Part shown: positions 12,001 through 20,576 of the stretch, piece by piece | How positions within the stretch are numbered: the first letter of the stretch is position 1 | How the letters are laid out: the number at the start of each line of letters is the position of its first letter | NCBI GenBank assembly: GCA_965238005.1 | Contig: OZ250165.1 | Coordinates: forward strand, 3,392,001-3,456,000 | DNA length: 64,000 bases | Reading direction: 5' to 3' | DNA from: Longimicrobiales bacterium | GTDB taxonomy: Bacteria > Gemmatimonadota > Gemmatimonadetes > Longimicrobiales > Gaopeijiaceae | Made by a program: the position numbers and the translations under genes | Notes under the pieces: model-generated | The model's database searches: none | What the model saw: the letters and a program-made list of their open reading frames with translations, nothing else | Told to the model about the DNA's origin: nothing

Positions 12001-12017
12001 ACGAGCGACCGGATCAT
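9003..12017 (-). CDS. Outer-membrane protein: signal peptide, HExxH peptidase-like domain, TolB/PD40 beta-propeller, BamA/TamA-like barrel
   Basis: THELVH motif, repeated SPDG/WSPDG units, VRGY motif, C-terminal aromatic (LGTAF). Confidence 0.75.
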   Translation of the reverse strand: MIRSLVTTTLWSVVLCVLWATAGAAQVPPDERWRSLETTHFRVTFPADLEAMARRAGERAERAYDSLSDKFVDPPGDRIELLLTDHVDQTNGFANALPYNRITVFVRPPLEGFNVTHFDDWLETVVTHELVHVFHLDHTGPIGSLVRTVLGRSSADWPAFPGFDVPTWIGEGMATYYESALTESGRVKGSFHDMVLRTAILEGGFEGLDQVSGFSPNWPAGSRVYVYGASFLDHMLDTYGEERMGEFVDAIARQIIPWRVSSGAEDAFGTGFGEAWSSWERELDAGYRALADSLAAAAPLTKGEPLAREGRRALFPEISPDGSRLAYLHSDGRSDIQLRVANPDGSDSRKLTRVNNVADLTWLPDGALLVAQLEFTDLYRIRSDLVRVDSDGVEHRVTRGARLDQPTVSPDGRYAVAVQDGDGTNRLVRVDLSTGAIEPLTEFVADEHWAYPAWSPDGRWIAASRWRPGAFYDLFVLDPTGRIVHQVTDDRAIDQAAAWTPDGRRLLWSSDRSGIPNLYAMEVDPTSGAPGSLRQVTNMLGGSAYPSVDPMGEWIYFSSYHVHGWDVERIRFDPDSWFDPLPLKEGFTRGGEAAAELFTRQVSGDSRPYRALQTIWPRSWEPIIRSGVTRQDKEVLKPGFGARVEGQDLVGRHSYAIEGVFRKGGRTDLDLSYAYSGRGNPFLGLSFRQDHDIDGPFAFEPEPGDTIPAFDGERERRLGGSVTLVRRRMRTRTSVSFSAAHIWEELELLDENLDEIAFTLSRPQRRLAEASTTVSFTSARSYAFSTSAEAGFGGFLRLRARRELSLPSSQRGVHDGDRGFRDATARIRGYHAFAGPGFSRHVFAWRASLGAAFGPGANRFHFDVGGAQGRLEDLTGLELFGGLPLLFPVRGYFRGQRAGRYAWTVSAEYRFPILNAHRGFGLFPLHLDRLSGSLFVDGGNAWGDSNPAIDVLNPREPTLGAVGAELQVSVLALFNTRLFFRLGAALTLNDEADDPLYLRLGTAF

Positions 12018-12108
12018 TCCGGCCCTTCGACCTTGTCAAACCGCAGCGTCGTCATCACCCTTCGCCTAAGGCCTCCACTCTTCGATCACACTGAGCCCCC
12101 CAGGGGGC

Positions 12109-12744
12109 ATGAGCGAATCGTCCAAGAACATCTGGTACCAGCTGGGCTACGCGCTGGAAACCGCCCGCCGGCGTGCTCCTGCCCCGAAGAAGGTACATAA
12201 CAAGCCGGGCAAGGCTGACGATGCGCCTGCGCCCTCCGCCGTAGACCAGCTTCTGGCAGCCGGCGGCGGGGCCGTTACACACAGGCTGATCTCCGCCCTC
12301 TGGGGACGCCGACCCGGGACGCTGCGCATCGCCCGCGCCGCATTGGCCGGAGCCGGTGCCGCCTTCGTGTTGAGCCTGCTGCGAATGAGCGCGAACGGCT
12401 CGTCCGCCGAGAACGGCGCCGCGCCGGATCCCGCTCTGGAGCTCCTCATCGGCGCGGCGCGTGGGATCCTGTATGGCTCCGTGCTCGAGCCTCGCCTGCC
12501 GGGCTCCTCCATCTTCCGTGGCGCTACCTTCGGGGTCATGGAGTACGTGGCCTCTCCCCTGGGCGGCCTTGACGGCATCCTGGGGGCCGCGAGCCCTCAC
12601 CGAACGATGCCGCTCCTTGCCGTGCTCTTCGCCGCCGACGAGGTTCCGTCCGGGTCCCTGACCCATCATGTGGCATTCGGCGCAGCCCTGGGTCTCCTCT
12701 ACGGGGAAGGAAGAGCGAGAAGGGGCAGGCGCGACGTCGTGTAG
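12109..12744 (+). CDS. Hypothetical membrane protein
   Basis: 211-aa ORF with several hydrophobic helices filling the gap between two minus-strand genes. Confidence 0.6.
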   Translation: MSESSKNIWYQLGYALETARRRAPAPKKVHNKPGKADDAPAPSAVDQLLAAGGGAVTHRLISALWGRRPGTLRIARAALAGAGAAFVLSLLRMSANGSSAENGAAPDPALELLIGAARGILYGSVLEPRLPGSSIFRGATFGVMEYVASPLGGLDGILGAASPHRTMPLLAVLFAADEVPSGSLTHHVAFGAALGLLYGEGRARRGRRDVV

Positions 12745-15593
12745 GGAGGCAGGCTCCTCGGCTCGCTTCGGAGCATTCCCTCGGGACATGGCACGATCCC
12801 TACGCCCCCCCTCGTGTCGTCCACCGCATCGGCTTCGGTCCTGGTCGCAACATCGTCGACGATCCCAAAGATCTGCTTAGGCGACTCTCCACTTCCCACC
12901 ACTACCAGGTGGCAGAACGCCTCGGGCCGGGCCATCAGCACCGGACCGACATACGCGGTCGCCAACCGATCCACCGGGTCGAACACCACGTAGGACACAC
13001 CCGCCGCTCTGGCCTCCTCGAAGAAGCGGTCCGGATCCGGGCTCAGGGGATAGATTCGACTCCTGACGCCCGAGAGAGTGTAGAAGATCCGAGGTTGGCG
13101 GCTGAACACGCCCGCTCCCTCGGGAGCGTTCTCGCCCAGCCACCGGGCAGCGGCGACGAACTGCTGGAATCCCTCACTGTGGCATGCGAAGGGACCGTCG
13201 GCCTTGACCGCCTCCCGGCACGCCGCCACCTGACGCGTCACGTCACTCCACCGCCGGGCCGAGGGGACGACCAGGAGCGAGACCGCGATCAGCCCAACGA
13301 CAAGTGGGATTCTGGAGTGCACACGGGCCGCCCCCGCGAGGAGGGCTTCACCCGCGTAGAAGAGCAAGAGCGGGTAGAGCGGCAGGGCGAAGCGATCCCC
13401 GGACCAAACGACCGGCCAAAGCAGGATCAGGCCGAAGTAAAGGGGGAGAAACAGCTCGGCCACAGTGGTTTGCTCCCGGAGGCGCCTCGTCCACCCCACC
13501 ACCGCCATACCCGCCAGCAGGAGGCCGAGCACCATCAAGGGCGCGCCGGACCAGTTCGTCAGCCCCCCCGGAATGTAGGAGAAGACATAGACCTGGAGGT
13601 TGTCCAGAACGCGGCGGACCAGGTCCGAGACACCGGCGGTACCAAGTTCCGGCTCGTACGGATTGATGAGCCAGAACTCGGAGACGTACAGGGCCTGCCC
13701 CGCGCTCTGGGAGCGTAGCCACCACGCCAGGCTGGGAATCGCGAACGCTGCGGCGAATCCCCCGAGAGCCTTCCATCGCCGGCCCAGCGCCAGGGCCCCG
13801 CCCACCGCGAGAACCAGCGGCAGGCCGGCCGTGCGCGTAAAGGTCGCCAGGATGGCCATAAGGCAGCCAGCTGCGAGCCAGATCCTGGGGCGCTCTCCAT
13901 CGTCCGAGCGGTGGAAGGCCCACAGACACCCCAGTGTCAGTGCCAGAAAAAGGGGGTCGGAAAGGATCCAATTGCTGGACCACAGAAACGCCGGGGCGAG
14001 GGCCAGGACGGCGGCCACTCCCGTGGCCAACCCGGCCCCGTGCCGGGCCTTCACCCACCCGAACGACAGCACCACCGCCGTGGTCACGAAGAGGACGGAG
14101 AGCAGTTTGAAGGTGAGCCAGGCCTCGGCGCCCAGAAGCATGGCACCGGCTAGAATAGCGGGATAGAACGGGGGATACTTGGTGTGGGGGGCCCCGGCGG
14201 GGTCCCACGCCTCCACATAACCAGCCCCCTCGGCCAGCGAGTGCGCCAGCGAGATGTATCCGGCGTTGTCGCCCCCTCTGTGCGGGGCGGGGCTCAGTGC
14301 TGGGAGCACGATGGTGAGGTGGGCCAGAGCCACCACCAGGAGGATCGCCCACGTGGGGATCCGGCGGCTGGGCGCCTCGGCGGCTCCCGCGGTCGGAGCC
14401 GCTCCACCTTCACCGGACCGGCCGCTCACCGACTCGCCCCCCGGCGTGAACGAGCCCAGGACCCTAGGGCCGCGTGCCCCCGTGGCGTCGGGCGCGTTGG
14501 ATGCCACCCCGTGCAGGTGTGCCCACGTGAGCACCACAAAGGCGAGGGCTTCCCGGGCGTCCGGATCGACGCCCAGCTCCCCCCCGCCCTTCACCGGGAG
14601 GGGGGCCAGCTCCTCCCGGATCGCCTCCGCCAGCACCGGGTTCCTGTATCCGCCTCCCATGAGGAACACCTCGTCGATCCCTCGTGGGAGGACCCACGTG
14701 CGGTATGCGGCTCCGATGGTTCGGGCCGTCAGGGCCGTGAGCGTGGCTATGAGGTCGCGCCAGCCCGCTTCGTCGGAGCCGGGGGTCAGGTGCTCCGCCA
14801 GCCGATCCACGTAGGCGCGACCGTACCGCTCCCGGCCGGTGGTCTTGGGAGGCTCCGCCCGAAAGTAGTCGTCGTCGAGGAGGCGAGCCAGGAGGTCCTC
14901 GTCGACCCGCCCGCGCCGGGCCAGCCCGCCGTCCACGTCGAAGGGGAGCTTACCGTTGGTGGCGCGTCTGGCGGCCTCGTCCACCAGGGCTGTTCCCGGG
15001 CCCGTGTCGAAAGCCAGAAGCGGCTCGGCCGACCCCGACGGGGGAAGCCACGTCACGTTGGACATGCCACCGATGTTGTGCAGGGCCCGCCGGCGCTGCG
15101 GTTTGGAGTAGAGCAGCCAGTCCGGCCAGGTGACCATGGGGGCTCCATGGCCCCCGGCGGCCACGTCCCGGCTCCGGAAGTCGCTGACGACCGCCACCCC
15201 CGTGACCTCGGCTACGGTGGCCGGATCGCCGAGTTGGAGGGTCGATCCCCGCGCCCCGTCATCCGGTGGAACGTGCCAGATCGTGTGGCCGTGGCATCCC
15301 ACGGCGGCCAGGTCCGCCGGGCTCAGCCCGGCCCCCTCGCACACCCTCAGCACCGCCGCGGCCATCCACCCTCCCAGGGAGGCGTTCAGCCGGCACAGCC
15401 CCTCCGGCGTGCCCTCCTCCATACCCTTCAGAAGCAGCGCCTGGAGATCCGGCTCATAGGGCGTGCTCTCGAAGGCGAGGAGCGTCCACGCGAAGTCCTC
15501 GGGAGAGCTCCCCTCGAAGCGCACCAGTGCGGCGTCGATTCCATCCAGGGAGGTCCCTGACATGAGGCCCACCACAAGCTCTCCCGAGCTCAC
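12699..15593 (-). CDS. anmK: Anhydro-N-acetylmuramic acid kinase in frame with an ArnT/PMT-like polytopic glycosyltransferase
   Basis: GLMSGTSLDGID, HGHT, DFRSRDVAAGGHGAP, NIGGMSN, FDTGPG, EALAF; then GGDNAGY...KYPPFYP and many TM helices. GTG start overlaps the murQ stop. Confidence 0.85.
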   Translation of the reverse strand: MSSGELVVGLMSGTSLDGIDAALVRFEGSSPEDFAWTLLAFESTPYEPDLQALLLKGMEEGTPEGLCRLNASLGGWMAAAVLRVCEGAGLSPADLAAVGCHGHTIWHVPPDDGARGSTLQLGDPATVAEVTGVAVVSDFRSRDVAAGGHGAPMVTWPDWLLYSKPQRRRALHNIGGMSNVTWLPPSGSAEPLLAFDTGPGTALVDEAARRATNGKLPFDVDGGLARRGRVDEDLLARLLDDDYFRAEPPKTTGRERYGRAYVDRLAEHLTPGSDEAGWRDLIATLTALTARTIGAAYRTWVLPRGIDEVFLMGGGYRNPVLAEAIREELAPLPVKGGGELGVDPDAREALAFVVLTWAHLHGVASNAPDATGARGPRVLGSFTPGGESVSGRSGEGGAAPTAGAAEAPSRRIPTWAILLVVALAHLTIVLPALSPAPHRGGDNAGYISLAHSLAEGAGYVEAWDPAGAPHTKYPPFYPAILAGAMLLGAEAWLTFKLLSVLFVTTAVVLSFGWVKARHGAGLATGVAAVLALAPAFLWSSNWILSDPLFLALTLGCLWAFHRSDDGERPRIWLAAGCLMAILATFTRTAGLPLVLAVGGALALGRRWKALGGFAAAFAIPSLAWWLRSQSAGQALYVSEFWLINPYEPELGTAGVSDLVRRVLDNLQVYVFSYIPGGLTNWSGAPLMVLGLLLAGMAVVGWTRRLREQTTVAELFLPLYFGLILLWPVVWSGDRFALPLYPLLLFYAGEALLAGAARVHSRIPLVVGLIAVSLLVVPSARRWSDVTRQVAACREAVKADGPFACHSEGFQQFVAAARWLGENAPEGAGVFSRQPRIFYTLSGVRSRIYPLSPDPDRFFEEARAAGVSYVVFDPVDRLATAYVGPVLMARPEAFCHLVVVGSGESPKQIFGIVDDVATRTEADAVDDTRGGVGIVPCPEGMLRSEPRSLPPYTTSRLPLLALPSP

Positions 15594-16504
15594 CCGGTGG
15601 GATCCTCGGTGAGGTCTCCGAGTACGCGCGCCAAGACGCCGTCCGCCGCTTGGAGCATCCGAGTCGCCTCGTCCAGCTCGACCCCCCGACGTCCCATGAC
15701 CAGGGCTGCCTTCACGTGCCCGTCTGCCGCCTCCAGGAGTGCCGAGGCCTGGGGCCGGTCCACTCCCAGAGTCTTCATGAGGATCCTCTCCCCGCGGTCC
15801 TGGAGCTTCTCGCATGTGGCTTGGAGGTCCACCATTAGGTTTCCGAACACCTTCCCGATCCCAATCATGGCCCCCGTGGTGATGATGTTCAGAACCATCT
15901 TGGTGGCGGTCCCAGCCTTCATGCGCGTGGACCCGGTGACCACCTCGGGCCCTACCAGGGGCGCGATGACGACGTCGTGAGTGTCCACCAGCTCGGGCGT
16001 CGGATGGGTGCAGAGGAGGAAGCCGGTGCGGGCGCCCCGCTCCCGGGCCCGGGCGAGGGCACCGTGCACATAGGGCGTCGTCCCCGAGGTGGCAATCCCC
16101 AGGACGAAGTCGCTCGGCCCCACGTCCCTGTCGTCGATGGCGCGGGCACCGTCGTTGGGGCTGCCCTCGGCCCCCTCCTGTGAGCGGACCAGGGCCTCGA
16201 AGCCGCCGGCGATGATGCCCTGGACCAGGACGGGGTCGGTGCCGTAGGTCGGGGGCATTTCGGCCGCGTCCAGCACCCCCAGCCGCCCCGACGTGCCGGC
16301 GCCCACATAGATCAGGTGTCCGGCCCCCTCGAATGCCTCCACAACCATGTCGATGGTCCTGGCGATGGCCACCCGCTCCTCGGCCACGGCGTCCGCCACC
16401 ATCCGGTCTTCGGCGTTGATGAGATCCACGATCTCGACGGACGAGAGGGCGTCGATGCGCGCGGAACGCGGGTTCCTCTGCTCTGTAAGACGGTCGTCGA
16501 GCAT
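15590..16504 (-). CDS. murQ: N-acetylmuramic acid 6-phosphate etherase
   Basis: LTEQRNP, GAGTSGRLGVLDAAEMPPTYG, GPEVVTGSTRMKAGTATK. Confidence 0.95.
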   Translation of the reverse strand: MLDDRLTEQRNPRSARIDALSSVEIVDLINAEDRMVADAVAEERVAIARTIDMVVEAFEGAGHLIYVGAGTSGRLGVLDAAEMPPTYGTDPVLVQGIIAGGFEALVRSQEGAEGSPNDGARAIDDRDVGPSDFVLGIATSGTTPYVHGALARARERGARTGFLLCTHPTPELVDTHDVVIAPLVGPEVVTGSTRMKAGTATKMVLNIITTGAMIGIGKVFGNLMVDLQATCEKLQDRGERILMKTLGVDRPQASALLEAADGHVKAALVMGRRGVELDEATRMLQAADGVLARVLGDLTEDPTG

Positions 16505-16806
16505 GAATGATCCTGACCGCTCCTCAGTGGATGTGGGCCGAGGTGTCTACACCCCTCGCTTGCGGCATCCAGTGTGGTGTATCAGAAGTCATGCTGCCAT
16601 TCGGACGCGGCCGCATCCCGCATCTCTGCGTTGCTTCTCCTCGAAATAGCGGTGCTATTCCTCGTCGTCGCGCCTTGATCTGCGGGCGCGGACGCGCCCT
16701 CGGTGGCTACCAGACGTCTAATACACCACACTTGTACCGGCGAACAAGCTAACCTTCGTATTTTTCCGACAGCAACCGAACATCGCATACACCGAGGGCA
16801 TGCTCT

Positions 16807-18015
16807 TTGAACCTTCTCGAGCAGGCCAGATTGATGGCCCCCGATCTGGTGGAGATACGCCGCGACCTGCACCGGCATCCGGAACTCTCCTTTCAGGAGG
16901 TGCGCACCGCCGGCATCGCGGCGAGAGCCATGGAGGCCCTGGGGTGCCGGGTCCGAACCGAGGTAGGCATCACGGGAGTGGTGGCCGACCTCGACAACGG
17001 CGCGGGTCCCACGGTCGCCCTCCGGGCCGACATGGACGCCCTCCCCATTCAGGAGACGAACACCCACGACTTCGTCTCGCAGAATCCCGGAGTCATGCAC
17101 GCTTGTGGCCACGACGCCCACGTGGCCGGACTGATCGGGGCGGCAAGGCTGCTGGCTCGGGAGCGTGACGAGGGCCGGCTCCCGCCGGGCTCCGTCCGGT
17201 TCCTCTTCCAGCCCTCCGAGGAGCGGACGGACGAGGAGGGCAAGAGCGGCGCGATGCGCATGGTGGACGAGGGAGTCATGGACGGGGTCGCCGCCGTCAC
17301 CGGGCTCCATATCGCGTCGGTGCTCCCCTCGGGGAAGCTCTTCTTCCGGGCGGGCCCCCTGATGGCGGGCACCGAGGAGATCCAGGTGGAGGTCCGGGGC
17401 GAGAGCGGCCACGCCGCTCGGCCCGACCTCGGCGTGGACGCGCTCGTGCTGGCGGCCCAGGGGATCGTCACCGCACAGCAGGCCGTCTCCCGCGGCCTCT
17501 CGCCCACGGAAGCAGGCGTGCTCACCTTCGGCCGCATCGAGGGGGGCACTGCGAACAACGTGTTGGCCGACCGGGTCACGATCGAGGGGACCATGCGGTT
17601 CTTCTCCGAGGACGTGCGGGATCGGCTTTGCCGCCACCTGAAGGCATCCTTCGGCATGCTCGAGGCCCTCGGGGCCAAGGTGACGGTCCGCATCGGCCCC
17701 GGTTATCCGCCTGTGGTCAACGATGCCCGAATCACGGAGTGGGTGCAGGCAGCCGCCGTCGACCTCGTGGGCGACGACGCCACGCTGCCCGCCGAGCCGA
17801 CGACCTTTGCGGAGGACTTCTCCTTCCTGGCGCGCGAAGCACCGGGCACCTTCTTCTTGCTGGGAGCCGCACCTCCCGAGCCGCGGATTCACCACCGGCC
17901 CGACTTCGATATTGACGAATCCGCCATCCCCGTGGGCGCCGCCACGCTGGCCGCCGGCGCCGTCCGACTCCTTCGCGAGATGGCCGGAGGTACTGACACC
18001 GAGGAGGATGACTGA
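16807..18015 (+). CDS. M20D amidohydrolase
   Basis: HRHPELSFQE, LRADMDALP, MHACGHDAH, FQPSEE, AEDF. Confidence 0.92.
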   Translation: MNLLEQARLMAPDLVEIRRDLHRHPELSFQEVRTAGIAARAMEALGCRVRTEVGITGVVADLDNGAGPTVALRADMDALPIQETNTHDFVSQNPGVMHACGHDAHVAGLIGAARLLARERDEGRLPPGSVRFLFQPSEERTDEEGKSGAMRMVDEGVMDGVAAVTGLHIASVLPSGKLFFRAGPLMAGTEEIQVEVRGESGHAARPDLGVDALVLAAQGIVTAQQAVSRGLSPTEAGVLTFGRIEGGTANNVLADRVTIEGTMRFFSEDVRDRLCRHLKASFGMLEALGAKVTVRIGPGYPPVVNDARITEWVQAAAVDLVGDDATLPAEPTTFAEDFSFLAREAPGTFFLLGAAPPEPRIHHRPDFDIDESAIPVGAATLAAGAVRLLREMAGGTDTEEDD

Positions 18016-18017
18016 AG

Positions 18018-19841
18018 ATGAAGGAGCTCCGTACCCTCCTGCCGTACTTCCGGCCATACCGGAAGGGTGTCGTTGCGGGGCTCGTTCTGGTGGTGATCAG
18101 CAACCTCTTCACCGTGGCCACCCCCTACCTCGTGAAGCTGGCCATCGACGCTCTGGGTGATCCCGAGGTGACGGCCGCTCGGATCACCACCTACGCGCTG
18201 CTGATCGTCGGGGTGGCAATCCTCGGAGGGGCCGCAAAGTTCGGGATGCGTGAGCTGCTCAATGGGCTGAGCCGTCGCATCGAGTGCGATCTCCGGAATG
18301 ACTTCTTCAAGCACCTCCTACGGCTGGACGCCGCATTCTACGGGTCGGTCCGCACCGGCGACCTCATGGCGCGGGCGACAAACGACACCCTGGCGGTTCG
18401 CATGGCCGCAGGCCCGGCCATCATGTACTCGGTGAACACGGCGGTGAGCTTTCTCCTCGCCCTGGGCTTCATGCTCTGGATTAGCCCGCGCCTCACGGTC
18501 TACGCGTTGATCCCGATGGTCGTCCTCCCTCCTGTGGTCTTCACCTTCGCTCGGGTCATCCACGCCCGGTTCGAGGAGATCCAGGAGCAGTTCTCCACCC
18601 TTTCGACGATGGTGCAGGAGAACCTGACCGGCGTGCGAATCGTCCGGGCTTACGTGCAGGAAGAGTCGCAGGCGCAGCACTTCGACGAGCTCAACAGCCA
18701 GTACATGGGACGGAACATGGGCCTGGTGAAGGTGGCGGGTCTATTCCACCCGATCCTCGCCCTCTTCTCGGGCGCGGGCATGGTGATCGTGCTCTGGCTC
18801 GGCGGACTGGAGGTTATCGCCGGCCGCCTCACCATCGGCGCCTTCGTGGCCTTCGAGATCTATCTGGCGCTGCTCATCTGGCCACTCATCGCCCTGGGGT
18901 GGGTGGTGAACCTTTACCAGAGGGGCGCCGCAAGCATGGGTCGCATCAACAAGATCCTGTTCACCGAGCCCGATATCCGGGCCCCGGAGCATCCCACTCG
19001 CCTCGAGAAGCCTCGGGGGGAGATCGAGTTTCGGAACGTGTCCTTCCGATATCCGGGCACCGAGCGTCTGGTCTTGGAGGACGTTTCCTTCGTGGCGAAG
19101 CTCGGTGAGACCGTTGCCGTGGTAGGCCCGACCGGCGCGGGAAAGACGACCCTCGTCTCGCTGATCCCGCGGATCTATGACGCCACCGAAGGCGAGGTGC
19201 TGGTGGACGGGATCGGGGTCACGGAGCTGGACCCGGACGAGCTGCGCACTTTCATCGGCATGGTGCCCCAGGACCCGTTCCTGTTCTCCACGACGATTGA
19301 GGAGAACATCGGACTGGGCCTTCCGGGAGACCAGTGGGCGCTGGACGAGCCCCAGGTCCAAGATGCCCCGGAGGGGCCGCTCGAAGATCCGGACGAGGCC
19401 GTTGCCGAAGCGGCTCGCATCGCCCAGCTCGACGAGTCGATCCGGGGCTTCCCGAAGGGCTACGGGACGTATCTCGGTGAGCGGGGCATCAATCTCTCAG
19501 GAGGACAGAAACAGCGCGCGACCCTGGCCCGTGCCGTGGCTCGCGACCCTGCCATCCTGATTCTCGACGATGCGCTGAGCGCTGTCGACACCCACACGGA
19601 AGCCCTTATCCTGGACGACCTGGCTCGGGTGATGGCCGGACGGACGTCATTCATCATCAGCCACCGGGTCTCGGCGGTCATGAACGCCGACCTCATCCTG
19701 GTCCTCGACGACAGCCGGATCGTCGAGCGGGGCCGGCATGCGGAGTTGATGGCCCTGGGCGGCACCTACGCGACACTCCTCCGCCGGCAGATGCTGGAGC
19801 TGGACATCGAGTCCACCGTGGTGGGGACCGCCGGGGATTGA
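18018..19841 (+). CDS. ABC exporter, fused permease/ATPase (MdlA-like)
   Basis: Six-TM domain, GPTGAGKT, LSGGQKQR, ILDDALSAVD. Confidence 0.93.
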   Translation: MKELRTLLPYFRPYRKGVVAGLVLVVISNLFTVATPYLVKLAIDALGDPEVTAARITTYALLIVGVAILGGAAKFGMRELLNGLSRRIECDLRNDFFKHLLRLDAAFYGSVRTGDLMARATNDTLAVRMAAGPAIMYSVNTAVSFLLALGFMLWISPRLTVYALIPMVVLPPVVFTFARVIHARFEEIQEQFSTLSTMVQENLTGVRIVRAYVQEESQAQHFDELNSQYMGRNMGLVKVAGLFHPILALFSGAGMVIVLWLGGLEVIAGRLTIGAFVAFEIYLALLIWPLIALGWVVNLYQRGAASMGRINKILFTEPDIRAPEHPTRLEKPRGEIEFRNVSFRYPGTERLVLEDVSFVAKLGETVAVVGPTGAGKTTLVSLIPRIYDATEGEVLVDGIGVTELDPDELRTFIGMVPQDPFLFSTTIEENIGLGLPGDQWALDEPQVQDAPEGPLEDPDEAVAEAARIAQLDESIRGFPKGYGTYLGERGINLSGGQKQRATLARAVARDPAILILDDALSAVDTHTEALILDDLARVMAGRTSFIISHRVSAVMNADLILVLDDSRIVERGRHAELMALGGTYATLLRRQMLELDIESTVVGTAGD

Positions 19842-19847
19842 GAAGCG

Positions 19848-20576
19848 CTAGATCCTCTCCAGCACCCACTCCGGTGTGAAGCGCACCAAGTACGAGCTCA
19901 GGATCGTGAACGAGCCCGTCGCCAGCAGCAGCCCCAGGATGATGAGCATCGCACCCGAGGCCTTCTCCACGACCGGAAGGAAACGCCGGAACCTGGAGAA
20001 CGCCCCCAGAAAGAGGTCCAAAGCCAGGGCAGCGATCAGGAAGGGGATGGCCAGTCCCAGGGAGTACACGCTCAGGAGAATCACCCCCGACCAAACCGTG
20101 TCCTGCGTGCCCGCCAGAGTGAGGATAGCGCCGAGGACCGGACCGATGCAGGGCGTCCACCCTGCTCCGAAGGCGGCGCCGACACCCAGCGTGCCCACGT
20201 ATCCAGCCGGCCTGTCGTTCACGTGAACCCGCCGCTCGCGCATGAGCGGAGCGATGCGGAAGACGCCTATGAGGTGGAGTCCCAGAATGATGATGAGGAC
20301 GCCGCCGATTCGGGCGATCCACACCTCATAGTAGCGGAGGAACACCCCCAGGAACGAGGCCGAGGCCCCCAGCGTGATGAAGATGATGCTGAAGCCCGAC
20401 ACGAACAGAAGGGAGTGGATGAGGGTCGCCTTGCGATCCACCCCCTCCTGGAGGTCCTCCAACGACATCCCCGTCACGAACGACAGGTAGCTCGGCACCA
20501 GCGGCAGGACACACGGTGACAGGAACGACAAGACTCCCGCCATCAACGCAACGACAACACTAACCGATCCGGTCAT
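19848..20576 (-). CDS. ccdA: Cytochrome c biogenesis protein CcdA
   Basis: SFLSPCVLPLVP and WTPCIGP motifs. Confidence 0.9.
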   Translation of the reverse strand: MTGSVSVVVALMAGVLSFLSPCVLPLVPSYLSFVTGMSLEDLQEGVDRKATLIHSLLFVSGFSIIFITLGASASFLGVFLRYYEVWIARIGGVLIIILGLHLIGVFRIAPLMRERRVHVNDRPAGYVGTLGVGAAFGAGWTPCIGPVLGAILTLAGTQDTVWSGVILLSVYSLGLAIPFLIAALALDLFLGAFSRFRRFLPVVEKASGAMLIILGLLLATGSFTILSSYLVRFTPEWVLERI

